From NCBI GenBank assembly GCA_017462615.1, contig JAFTQT010000046.1, positions 26,892-90,891 of the forward strand: a DNA stretch of 64,000 nucleotides, written 5' to 3'. The notes under the pieces were generated by a model. The model did no database searches. It was given only the letters and a program-made list of their open reading frames with translations, and was not told where the DNA came from. The DNA is from Clostridia bacterium. GTDB taxonomy: Bacteria > Bacillota > Clostridia > Oscillospirales > CAG-272. A program made the position numbers and the translations under genes. This document shows, one piece after another, positions 46,505 through 55,465 of this stretch (position 1 is the first letter of the stretch; the number at the start of each line of letters is the position of its first letter).

Positions 46505-48760
46505 ATGGCAAAGAAAAAGAACTCTCCCGTTACCGAACTGTCCCGCATTCCACCGGCTCCGGCTACTCCTCAGCCGATTACCGAAACCATAGAGAAAAAC
46601 TACATGCCCTACGTCATGAGCGTCATCATTTCACGTGCCATACCTGAGATCGACGGCCTCAAGCCCTCCCACCGCAAGCTGCTTTACACCATGTACAAAA
46701 TGGGGCTTTTGACGGGCAGCAAAACAAAAAGCGCCAATATTGTCGGCCAGACGATGAAATTGAACCCCCACGGCGACGCTGCCATTTATGAAACGATGGT
46801 GCGTCTTACTCGTGGCAACGCAGCCTTGCTGCACCCGCTGGTCGATTCCAAGGGTAGCTTTGGTAAGCAGTATTCCAGCAATATGAAATATGCCGCCTCC
46901 CGTTACACGGAAGCAAAGCTCGATCCCATTTGCACCGAGCTCTTCAGCGGCATCGATAAGGACGCCGTGGATCTGGTGGATAACTACGACGGCTCTATGA
47001 AGGAGCCCGTGCTGCTGCCCACGACCTTCCCTAACGTGCTGGTTACCCCCAACGTGGGTATCGCCGTCGGTATGGCGTCCAATATCTGCTCCTTTAATCT
47101 GGCGGAGGTATGTGACGGCGCCATCGCGCTGCTTCGAAACCCTAAAACTGATATTGAAAAAATTCTGGATATCATCAAGGCGCCCGATTTCTCCGGTGGC
47201 GGTCTCATCATCTATGATAGAGATCAGATGCGTCACATTTACGAAACCGGACAAGGCTCCTTCCGTGTGCGCTCCAGATATAGCTACGATAAAGAAGCCA
47301 ATTGCATCGACATCCTGCAAATTCCCTACTCCACTACCATCGAAGCAATTCTGGAAAGCGTGGATGCCCTGGTCAAGGACGGCAAGGTCAAGGAAATTGT
47401 AGATGCCCGTGACGAGATCGACCTGAACGGCTTCAAGCTGACGTTGGATCTGCGCCGCGGCACAGATCCCGATAAGCTGATGAATCGCCTCTTCAAGCTG
47501 ACTCCCCTGGAGGATAGCTTCAAGTGCAATTTCAACGTGCTGATCAATTCCGCACCGCAGCAGCTGGGTGTTTTGGACATCTTGAAGGAATGGATCAAAT
47601 TCCGCCTCGGTTGTGTTACCCGCGAGCTACGCTTTGATTTGAAAAAGAAGCAGGATCGCTTGCACTTGGTCACCGGTCTTGGAAAAATATTGTTGGATAT
47701 CGATAAGGCCGTCCGCATCATTCGTCACACCGAAAGTGACGACATGGTAGTGCCCGAGCTGATGAAGGGCTTCTCCATCGACGAGCTGCAGGCTGAATAT
47801 ATCGCCAACATCAAGCTGCGCAACCTGAATAAGAAGTATATTCTTAACTGCGTACAGGAGATGGAAAGCCTCAAAAAAGAAATTGCCGAGATTGAGGAAA
47901 TTCTTGGCGATGAGCTGAAGCAGCGCTCCCTTGTAGCCAAGCAGCTTACCGAGATCAAGAAAAAGTACGGTCAACCCCGTCGGAGCCAACTGATCTTTGC
48001 ATCGGATATCACAGAAGCAACCGAGGAGGACCCCGTAGAAAATTATCCTGTACGGCTTGTACTCTCCAAGGAAGGCTACTTCAAAAAGATCACCATGCAA
48101 TCCTTGCGCGGCAACGACGAGCAAAAATTCAAGGATGGAGACAGCCTCCTGCAAATGATTGACGCCGAAAACCGCGATAATCTCTTGATCTTCACTGATC
48201 AAGCACAGGTATACCGCGTTTCGGTAGATGATTTTGACTCCACAAAGGCCTCTGCTATGGGTGATTTTCTGAATGCAAAGCTGGGGATGGAGAAGGACGA
48301 GCGCCCCATCTTCCTGCGCATACAAAACACCTATCCCGAGGGCGAAAATATGGTGTTTATATTTGAAAATGGCAAGGGCGTGCGTATTCCCATTACCGCT
48401 TATATCGCCAAGGGAAACCGCCGCAAGCTGACCGGTGCTTACTCCAAGGCCTCTCCTATCGTGGGCATCTTCTACGAAACCGAAAAGGAGCCCGTCGATA
48501 TTTTGATGCTTTCGGATGCCGATCGTGCCATCGTCTTCAAATCCGCTCTGATTCCCGTGATGAGCACCCGAACCTCCGGCGGCGTTACACTGATGACGCT
48601 TGGGCGTCGTGAAAAGCGTGTGGTTGAGGCTCTGACCAACTACACGGATCGCTTTGGAGATTCCAAGGGATACCGCAAAATCAAGCTTCCCGCAACCGGT
48701 GTGTTGCTCAATGAAAAAAATTTGGACGCCATGCAAATTTCCATGGACGACAATTTATAA
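46505..48760 (+). CDS. Type IIA topoisomerase subunit A (ParC/GyrA-like)
   Basis: YVMSVIISRAIPEIDGLKPSHRKLLY, NPHGDAAIYETMVRL and active-site AASRYTEAKL (Tyr). At 751 aa it is shorter than a typical GyrA. Confidence 0.85.
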   Translation: MAKKKNSPVTELSRIPPAPATPQPITETIEKNYMPYVMSVIISRAIPEIDGLKPSHRKLLYTMYKMGLLTGSKTKSANIVGQTMKLNPHGDAAIYETMVRLTRGNAALLHPLVDSKGSFGKQYSSNMKYAASRYTEAKLDPICTELFSGIDKDAVDLVDNYDGSMKEPVLLPTTFPNVLVTPNVGIAVGMASNICSFNLAEVCDGAIALLRNPKTDIEKILDIIKAPDFSGGGLIIYDRDQMRHIYETGQGSFRVRSRYSYDKEANCIDILQIPYSTTIEAILESVDALVKDGKVKEIVDARDEIDLNGFKLTLDLRRGTDPDKLMNRLFKLTPLEDSFKCNFNVLINSAPQQLGVLDILKEWIKFRLGCVTRELRFDLKKKQDRLHLVTGLGKILLDIDKAVRIIRHTESDDMVVPELMKGFSIDELQAEYIANIKLRNLNKKYILNCVQEMESLKKEIAEIEEILGDELKQRSLVAKQLTEIKKKYGQPRRSQLIFASDITEATEEDPVENYPVRLVLSKEGYFKKITMQSLRGNDEQKFKDGDSLLQMIDAENRDNLLIFTDQAQVYRVSVDDFDSTKASAMGDFLNAKLGMEKDERPIFLRIQNTYPEGENMVFIFENGKGVRIPITAYIAKGNRRKLTGAYSKASPIVGIFYETEKEPVDILMLSDADRAIVFKSALIPVMSTRTSGGVTLMTLGRREKRVVEALTNYTDRFGDSKGYRKIKLPATGVLLNEKNLDAMQISMDDNL

Positions 48761-48772
48761 GAGAGGTAAATT

Positions 48773-48961
48773 ATGAAAAACGTTGAAAAAACAAGCAAAG
48801 CAAAGCTTGCCGCACGCATCCTTGCCATCGTGCTGGCGGTCCTTATGGTTACCGGCATAGCGTACTACACCATTTACATGCTGGTTCTGAAGGCACAGGA
48901 CGATGACGACAAGACCAATACCGCTGCCGTCACCGAAATTGTAACCAGTGATCTACTTTGA
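48773..48961 (+). CDS. Small single-TM protein with acidic tail
   Basis: AGAGAGG, 6 nt, ATG; 62 aa. Confidence 0.55.
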   Translation: MKNVEKTSKAKLAARILAIVLAVLMVTGIAYYTIYMLVLKAQDDDDKTNTAAVTEIVTSDLL

Positions 48962-48969
48962 ACAAAACG

Positions 48970-49009
48970 ACAGAAGGGGCGCAAGCTGCATAGCTTGCGC
49001 CCCTTCTGT
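48970..49009. terminator. 18-bp hairpin between convergent genes
   Basis: ACAGAAGGGGCGCAAGCT-gcat-AGCTTGCGCCCCTTCTGT. The T-rich tail (CGTTTTGTT) is on the minus strand. Confidence 0.7.
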
Positions 49010-49024
49010 CTGTATCCAACACGC

Positions 49025-49468
49025 TCATCTTTTTATTTTTCTTTTGAAATAACCCCAAAGCCGTCTAGGAAAAAATCGCACGTGTCGCCAAGGCATAAAG
49101 CAATGCACGCGCACGTAAAAACGATAGGAAAACGTAGTAACAGAGCACTTTTTATCGCCTTGGTAGATGGCATTGACGCGAGCGATGATCTGATCAGTGG
49201 GAATGCCATGTTCAAAAATCAACTGATTATCTCCGCAAAAGATAGGTTCGCCTTCAGGCGTCCATTTCATCAAGCGGTGCAAAACGAACTGTCCGTTTGC
49301 TCTTTGATACAGGCAGATATCATATTTTTGCGGGTTTGTTACCGCCTCCAATACCACGGAGTCCCTTCCCTGTTGAATCAATGGCAGCATACTTGTACCC
49401 CTGGGATAAAAACGAAACTCACCGCCGCTTTCCAGCACCTCTGTCAGCACCGGATACAACTCCGCCAT
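49025..49468 (-). CDS. S26/S24-type serine peptidase homologue without membrane anchor
   Basis: Box B GTSMLP, box D VLHRL (His at the Lys position) and box E GDNQ. I chose ATG 49468, 7 nt after AAGGA; the track start at 49489 is a TTG overlapping the upstream gene. Confidence 0.72.
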   Translation of the reverse strand: MAELYPVLTEVLESGGEFRFYPRGTSMLPLIQQGRDSVVLEAVTNPQKYDICLYQRANGQFVLHRLMKWTPEGEPIFCGDNQLIFEHGIPTDQIIARVNAIYQGDKKCSVTTFSYRFYVRVHCFMPWRHVRFFPRRLWGYFKRKIKR

Positions 49469-49478
49469 CGTCAGATCC

Positions 49479-49745
49479 TTATTCAACAACGGCTCCGACT
49501 CCCTTCAAGGTATCGATAAAGCCCAAGGCATCCTTTTGCGCGGTTTCGGCGTCAATATCATAGTACTCCGTCATCGCTTGAACAAGCTCGTCGATCGTAA
49601 TGTCCTTTTCCAGCTGATCCCAGATAAAGCTACCGGTAGAGTTTACGGAAATCATACCGCTGAATTTTTTGCTGGCAGCTCCCACGGCAACGATTACAAA
49701 CTGGGTGCCGATCTTGCGCTTAATGAATTCCTTGCTTCTAATCAT
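49479..49745 (-). CDS. PqqD-family protein (RiPP-recognition-element-like)
   Basis: NSTGSFIWDQLEKDITIDELVQAMTEYYDIDAETAQKDALGFIDTLKGVGAVV matches the PqqD pattern. Confidence 0.78.
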   Translation of the reverse strand: MIRSKEFIKRKIGTQFVIVAVGAASKKFSGMISVNSTGSFIWDQLEKDITIDELVQAMTEYYDIDAETAQKDALGFIDTLKGVGAVVE

Positions 49746-49746
49746 A

Positions 49747-50454
49747 TTATTTCTCCTTCTGCATTCCCGAAAAGGCTACCGTAGCAGCGTCATCGTTCAT
49801 GTTACATCCCAAAAGATATACGGGGGTTTTTGTGATCAAATCGTCAAGCAGGGTCAAAAACAGCTCCGTCATAGCGGCTTCGCCCGGCAACAGAACCTGA
49901 TGAAAGAGACGCCCCACGGCCTCCTCATCACTCAGAGGTGCAATGCGATTTTGCTCCGCGCGCGTAAGAAAGCAAAGTGCCTGCAACGGAGCGGCAGCGT
50001 TGGTTCCCCAATGCTCCTTCCCTTGCCACGGTGTGCCGTAAGCGTACCATCCCTTTTCCGTCAAACGGAAGATGGGCTTATCCCCGTTGATCACGCGCGC
50101 GCGATCGCCAAACACCTTCAGCCACAGCTTGGTATGCGTAGATTTACCCGTACCGCTGGGGGCGGCAAAAGCGTAGGCTTTGCCGTCGCACTCCACCACC
50201 GAAGCATGGAATACAAAAGCACCAAACTGCGGCAAGCGAAGTGCGATATGGCGGTAAACGCAAACCGCCTCATAATATCCGATAGGAAACGCGCTTTGGC
50301 TTGCGGCCTTTTCCGCCAAGATCTCCTCTTCGGTAACCGCAACCTCGATATCTGCCGTGTCGAACTCCGTGCGGTATGCGGCACAAAAGCTCTCGCAATA
50401 CGGGTAGATATTATGAATTAAAATATTCAGTTCTGCCACACGTATCTTAAACAC
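49747..50454 (-). CDS. HPr-kinase-like P-loop protein
   Basis: FVFHASVVECDGKAYAFAAPSGTGKSTHTKLW...ARVINGDKP parallels the HprK/P C-terminal kinase domain. The Walker A motif is encoded at 50137-50163. GTG start. Confidence 0.62.
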   Translation of the reverse strand: MFKIRVAELNILIHNIYPYCESFCAAYRTEFDTADIEVAVTEEEILAEKAASQSAFPIGYYEAVCVYRHIALRLPQFGAFVFHASVVECDGKAYAFAAPSGTGKSTHTKLWLKVFGDRARVINGDKPIFRLTEKGWYAYGTPWQGKEHWGTNAAAPLQALCFLTRAEQNRIAPLSDEEAVGRLFHQVLLPGEAAMTELFLTLLDDLITKTPVYLLGCNMNDDAATVAFSGMQKEK

Positions 50455-50472
50455 GGCAAATTCCTTTCTTCA

Positions 50473-51888
50473 TCAGAACGCGATCTTGTTCTCGATATAG
50501 GACTTCAGTTCGGCAATCGGAATACGAACCTGCTCCATGGTATCGCGATCGCGCACGGTCACGCAGTTATCGGCAGGCTTCTCGGCGTCGCCAACAGTAT
50601 CAAAGTCGATGGTAACGCAAAGAGGCGTACCAATTTCATCCTCGCGGCGATAACGCTTACCAATAGAGCCGGTCTCGTCGTAGTCAACGGCAAAATATTT
50701 AGCAAGCTCGTCGCGTACCTCCAGAGCCTTATCGGAAAGCTTTTTAGAAAGGGGCAGCACGGCTACCTTATAGGGAGCGAGAGCGGGATGAAGGTGCAGC
50801 ACCACGCGCACGTCGTTCTTCTCCGCATCGATCACTTCCTCGTCGTAGGCGTCTACAAGGAACGCCAGTGCCACGCGGTCGGCACCAAGAGAGGGCTCTA
50901 CCACGTAAGGAACGTAACGCTCGTTGGTTTCGGGATCAAAATAGGTCATATCCTTTCCGCTGTGCTCAGCGTGCTGGCTGAGATCGTAATCAGTACGGTC
51001 AGCAATACCCCACAGCTCGCCCCACCCAAACGGGAACATAAACTCAAAGTCCGTGGTGCCCTTGGAGTAGAAGGCCAGCTCCTCCGGATCGTGGTCACGC
51101 AGACGGAGGTTCTCCTCGCGCATGCCGAGATCAAGCAGCCACTTCTTGCAGAAATCCTTCCAATAAGCAAACCATTCCAGATCGGTACCGGGCTTGCAGA
51201 AGAACTCCAGCTCCATCTGCTCAAACTCACGAGTACGGAACACAAAGTTACCGGGAGTGATCTCGTTACGGAAGGATTTACCAATCTGGCAAACCCCGAA
51301 GGGCAGCTTGCGACGGGTGGAGCGCTGAATGCCGGGGAAGTTAACGAAAATACCCTGTGCAGTCTCGGGACGCAGATATACGGTATTGGTATTGTCCTCG
51401 GTAACGCCGATAAAGGTCTTGAACATCAGGTTGAACTTCTTGATGGCAGTAAAGTCCTGCTTACCACAGGTGGGGCAAACGATACCCTTTTCCTGAATGT
51501 ACTCAGACATCTGTTCAAAGCTCCAACCCGCGGGATTATCCTCAAGACCGTTTTCAAAGGCATACTCCTCGATCAACTTGTCGGCACGGTGACGCGCCTT
51601 GCAGCTCTTGCAGTCCATCAAGGGATCGGAGAAGCCGCCGACGTGGCCGGAAGCCACCCATGCCTCGGGATTCATAATAATAGCACTGTCAAGACCCACG
51701 TTATAGCGGCTCTCCTGTACAAACTTCTTCCACCAGGCGCGCTTGACGTTGTTCTTGAACTCAACGCCAAGAGGGCCGTAGTCCCAAGAGTTGGCAAGAC
51801 CGCCGTAGATCTCGGAGCCGGGGAAAATGAAGCCGCGATTTTTACAAAGGGCAACAATTTTATCCATCGTTTTTTCTTGATTTCTCAT
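50473..51888 (-). CDS. glyQS: Glycine--tRNA ligase (alpha2 GlyQS type)
   Basis: [36 protein letters not shown] and class II motifs. GAGGTG, 5 nt, ATG. Confidence 0.95.
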   Translation of the reverse strand: MRNQEKTMDKIVALCKNRGFIFPGSEIYGGLANSWDYGPLGVEFKNNVKRAWWKKFVQESRYNVGLDSAIIMNPEAWVASGHVGGFSDPLMDCKSCKARHRADKLIEEYAFENGLEDNPAGWSFEQMSEYIQEKGIVCPTCGKQDFTAIKKFNLMFKTFIGVTEDNTNTVYLRPETAQGIFVNFPGIQRSTRRKLPFGVCQIGKSFRNEITPGNFVFRTREFEQMELEFFCKPGTDLEWFAYWKDFCKKWLLDLGMREENLRLRDHDPEELAFYSKGTTDFEFMFPFGWGELWGIADRTDYDLSQHAEHSGKDMTYFDPETNERYVPYVVEPSLGADRVALAFLVDAYDEEVIDAEKNDVRVVLHLHPALAPYKVAVLPLSKKLSDKALEVRDELAKYFAVDYDETGSIGKRYRREDEIGTPLCVTIDFDTVGDAEKPADNCVTVRDRDTMEQVRIPIAELKSYIENKIAF

Positions 51889-51919
51889 AGTAACACCTCA
51901 AAATTATAATAATGTTTAT

Positions 51920-51948
51920 ATTTTACTCTATTCGCCGATTTTTGTCAA
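51920..51948 (-). promoter_or_regulatory. Sigma-A-type promoter candidate for glyQS
   Basis: On the minus strand: TTGACA (51948-51943), 17 nt, TAAAAT (51925-51920). Confidence 0.55.
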
Positions 51949-51971
51949 GTGCTTTGTACGCTTATGATACG

Positions 51972-52448
51972 TTAAACCGCACAAATATCTGCAGTTTTTG
52001 CACCGACAAAGGAAACCAGCTCAGCAACGGACAAAAGCAGCTGTGCACCGCGCACGCCGGAGCTGACCGTAATTTTTTCAAATTGTAATGCAGATTCGTG
52101 CAGATAGGTAGGAAACTGCTTTTTCATTCCAATGGGAGAACAGCCACCCCGAATGTATCCCGTCAAGGCCAGCAGATCCTTCACGTGCACCATTTCAATC
52201 TTTTTGTTATCGGTCACCCGCGCTGCCTTTTTTAGATCGATCTCCTTGTCGCAAGGAATGCAAAGCACCACCGGACCGGTGCGATCCCCTTTGGCAACAA
52301 GCGTCTTGAATACAACCTCGTAGGGCAATCCGATCTCGTCGGCAATGTGCGTGCCGGAAAGATCGCTTTCGTCCACCTCGTATTCAAAAACCTCATAAGG
52401 AATCTTTGCTGCGTCTAATCGACGCATAGCGTTGGTCTTGCTTTTCAT
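51972..52448 (-). CDS. ybaK: Cys-tRNA(Pro)/Cys-tRNA(Cys) deacylase YbaK
   Basis: TNAMRRLDAAKIPYEV...FKTLV...GGCSPIG pattern. ATG 52448 forms an ATGA overlap with the recN stop. Confidence 0.85.
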   Translation of the reverse strand: MKSKTNAMRRLDAAKIPYEVFEYEVDESDLSGTHIADEIGLPYEVVFKTLVAKGDRTGPVVLCIPCDKEIDLKKAARVTDNKKIEMVHVKDLLALTGYIRGGCSPIGMKKQFPTYLHESALQFEKITVSSGVRGAQLLLSVAELVSFVGAKTADICAV

Positions 52449-54118
52449 CGGTAGCACTTCCCTTCCGCAATCATCTCACCCGCAGCCACGCGTTGTGCCT
52501 CGGTGATAGAGAGGCCGCCCAGAATACGCGCCACTTCACCTACACGCTCCTCGTCGTTCAATTCCCGAACGGTGGATACGGCGCGACCATCCAACTCAGA
52601 TTTGGAAATTTTATAGTGTACGGTAGCAAGTGAAGCGACCTGCGCGGAATGCGTGACACAAAAGATCTGTGTCCGCTTGCCGATCTCGGAAAGCTTAATA
52701 CCGATCTTTCTCGCCGTTTTACCGGAAATGCCCGTATCAACCTCGTCAAACACCGCCGTTTGCACGCCGTCGCGATCGTTCAAAACGCTCTTCAATGCAA
52801 GCATTACGCGGGAAAGCTCGCCACCGGAGGCGATCTTTGCCAGAGGCAGTAGCGGCTCACCGGGATTGGTGGCAATGGCAAAGCAGATATCATCCTGTCC
52901 AAGAGGGCCAAAGTCCGCAACACGATCTACCGTTATGGCAAAACGCACGCCCGGCATATCCAAAAAGATCAACTCCTCGCAAACGCGATCACCAAGGCTC
53001 TTTGCCGCTTTAACACGAGCCTCATGTAATATCAAGGAGAGCTTTTGCATCTCCGCTTCGGTGTCGCGGATGATTTTTTCCAAGCGCTCGATCTCTTCAT
53101 CCGCATTATCCAACGTGTTCAAACGAGCAAAGGCCTCCTCGCGGAACTGCAGCACCGAGGGGATATCCGCACCGTATTTGCGGCAAAGCTTGGTGATGGC
53201 GTTCAGTCTCCCCTCCACCTTGTCCAATGCCTTGGAGGGATCGCCATCGGCATCCTCTGCATAATCGCGCACGGTATTGGCAATATCCTCCACCTCGTAA
53301 CGCATTTCGGTCAGCTTAGCCGAAAGCTCTCCCGCTTCCGGGATCACGTGGGAGATCTGTGCCAAGGATTGTGCCGCACGCTCTAAGATCAGCGTTGCCG
53401 CACCCTTCTCGCTTCCGTGCAGTACACGGTAGGTAAAATTGGATTGCGTTGCAATTTTTTCCGCATTCTGCAGCTTGACACGGCGAGAGAGCAGTTCTTC
53501 CTCTTCGCCCGGCTTCAGATGCGCCGCGTCAATCTCCTTCACTTGAAATTGCAGAATGTCGCGCAGTCTGTTTTTTTCAGCACTATCCCGACTCAGCTCC
53601 TCAAGCTCTTTCTTGGCAGCGGCACGCGTCTCGTACAAGCGTTGATAATCGGAAAGCGTGCTGCCAAAATCCGCAATGGTGTTCAGGATCCGCTCTTGGG
53701 CGGCTTTTTGCAGTAAAAGCTGGTTGTCGTTTTGACCGTGCACGCTAACGAGATATTTTGCCAATTCGCGAAGCATCGCAAGCGGTAAAACGCGGCCGTT
53801 CAGTCTCGCCTGTGTTTTTCCTTCTGCGGTAAGCGTGCGTTGCAGCAGCAGCTCCTCACCTTCCTCAAGGCCATTCTCGCGCAAATAGGAGAGGCAATCC
53901 ACACCAACGTCCGAAAACGTGGCGCTGACAATCCCCTTATCCGCACCGCCTCGCACCAGATCCCGGGCGGGCTTGCCACCCAAAAGGAACAAAATGCAAT
54001 CGATCATTACGGATTTGCCCGAGCCGGATTCACCCGTGATCACCGAAAGCCCTTCCCGAAAATCCACGTCCAGACGAGAGATGACCGCCATGTTTTCAAT
54101 ATGAAGCGATTCCAGCAT
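52445..54118 (-). CDS. recN: DNA repair protein RecN
   Basis: ITGESGSGKS Walker A, long coiled-coil region, ASGGELSRVMLALK signature, FDEVDTGISG. Confidence 0.92.
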   Translation of the reverse strand: MLESLHIENMAVISRLDVDFREGLSVITGESGSGKSVMIDCILFLLGGKPARDLVRGGADKGIVSATFSDVGVDCLSYLRENGLEEGEELLLQRTLTAEGKTQARLNGRVLPLAMLRELAKYLVSVHGQNDNQLLLQKAAQERILNTIADFGSTLSDYQRLYETRAAAKKELEELSRDSAEKNRLRDILQFQVKEIDAAHLKPGEEEELLSRRVKLQNAEKIATQSNFTYRVLHGSEKGAATLILERAAQSLAQISHVIPEAGELSAKLTEMRYEVEDIANTVRDYAEDADGDPSKALDKVEGRLNAITKLCRKYGADIPSVLQFREEAFARLNTLDNADEEIERLEKIIRDTEAEMQKLSLILHEARVKAAKSLGDRVCEELIFLDMPGVRFAITVDRVADFGPLGQDDICFAIATNPGEPLLPLAKIASGGELSRVMLALKSVLNDRDGVQTAVFDEVDTGISGKTARKIGIKLSEIGKRTQIFCVTHSAQVASLATVHYKISKSELDGRAVSTVRELNDEERVGEVARILGGLSITEAQRVAAGEMIAEGKCYR

Positions 54119-54123
54119 AGAAA

Positions 54124-54579
54124 TTATCCAGCCTTCATCATAATGCGAATGCGTTCGCTGATATTTTTGGCGGCATTGTCATGCTTAGTTACGATCATGA
54201 TGGTATCGTCGCCCGCAACACACCCAAGCACGTCTGCCAAGGTCAAATTGTCCACGCCCGTGGCAACCGCTTGCGCCAATCCCGGAATGGTTTTGACAAC
54301 GATAATATTGGAAGCATATTCCACATGAGTAATAGAATCGACCAATGCGGTGTTGAACTTCAGCCCGGTTACCATATCCTCGCGCTTGGGAGCCACGTAG
54401 CGGTACGTTCCCTTACCGGTCAGAACCTTTGTCAGCTGCAGCTCTCTGATATCTCGCGAAATGGTGGCCTGTGTAACGTTGTAGCCCTCGGTCATCAAGC
54501 GGTCAATCAGATCATCCTGGGTCTCTACATGGTAGCGATTGACGATTTCAAGGATCTTTTTCTGTCTGTTGACTTTCAT
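54124..54579 (-). CDS. argR: Arginine repressor
   Basis: RQKKILEIV...TQDDLIDRL...GYNVTQATISRDIREL winged helix and C-terminal GTIAGDDT-like GCVAGDDTIM. Confidence 0.9.
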   Translation of the reverse strand: MKVNRQKKILEIVNRYHVETQDDLIDRLMTEGYNVTQATISRDIRELQLTKVLTGKGTYRYVAPKREDMVTGLKFNTALVDSITHVEYASNIIVVKTIPGLAQAVATGVDNLTLADVLGCVAGDDTIMIVTKHDNAAKNISERIRIMMKAG

Positions 54580-54595
54580 TTCTACACCTCTACTA

Positions 54596-55465
54596 TTAAG
54601 AATTCATCTTGTGTTGTAATCTGCTGTAAAAACCGCCTTGGCGGATACGGATTAGACTTGTAATCATATCCGAACGCGTTACTCGCACCACGTCACCGCG
54701 GTAGAGCTCAAAATTGATACGACCGTCCACCGTCAGATAAAGCATCTTCTCTCGCTGGCAAACGTTTTTGATCTCAAGCTGCGCGTCATCACGGAAAATA
54801 ATGGGGCGAGCCGTCAAGGAATGGGGGCAAACAGGCGTGACGCAAATGCAGTTCAGCTGCGGATCGGCAATCGAGCCACCTGCTGACATAGAATAAGCGG
54901 TAGAACCAGTGGGCGTTGAAACGATGAGGCCATCTGCTCGATAGGGTGTGACCATTTCACCGCTTTCATATAGTTCAATATCCACGATACGGGAAACCGA
55001 TCCATTGGAAATCACCGCATCATTCAGAGCGAAGGATTCCGCCTTCACAGCGCCGTTTTGGTTTTTTACCTGAATTTGAAGCATAGAACGCTTATCCAGC
55101 GTATATTCTCCGGAAAAGAGCCTTGAAAGCAGAGGAATTTCTGTGATCTCAAGCTCTGTCATGTAGCCGAGTCTGCCCATATTGATACCCAGCAGCGGCT
55201 TTTTTAGCGGCGCGGCGCGCCTTGCCGCATCCAGCAAGGAGCCGTCTCCGCCCAACACAATAATGCAGTCAGCAGATTTATAGACCTCGTCGATGGGAAG
55301 GTATACGTATTCTCTGCGATTGCGACGCATCCGAAAAATGCGATCCTTATTGATAGAGGCAAGCAGGATCTGCGCACCGTGATGTACCAGCTCCTCTGCC
55401 ACGTCCAGCGCAGCAGCTGCCTTATCGTAAATATTAAAATTGGTGATCAAAGCTATGTTTTTCAT
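54596..55465 (-). CDS. nadK: NAD kinase
   Basis: VLGGDGSLL, NMGRLGY and TPTGSTAYSMSAGG. ATGA overlap with the tlyA stop. Confidence 0.9.
   Translation of the reverse strand: MKNIALITNFNIYDKAAAALDVAEELVHHGAQILLASINKDRIFRMRRNRREYVYLPIDEVYKSADCIIVLGGDGSLLDAARRAAPLKKPLLGINMGRLGYMTELEITEIPLLSRLFSGEYTLDKRSMLQIQVKNQNGAVKAESFALNDAVISNGSVSRIVDIELYESGEMVTPYRADGLIVSTPTGSTAYSMSAGGSIADPQLNCICVTPVCPHSLTARPIIFRDDAQLEIKNVCQREKMLYLTVDGRINFELYRGDVVRVTRSDMITSLIRIRQGGFYSRLQHKMNS

Noticed and set aside
48773-48961. The convergent 62-aa ORF as the precursor peptide of the PqqD/peptidase/HprK-like module.
   Set aside because: It is on the opposite strand, behind an 18-bp hairpin, and contains a clear TM helix. 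It looks like a small membrane protein co-transcribed with the topoisomerase gene. This cannot be excluded, but nothing supports it.
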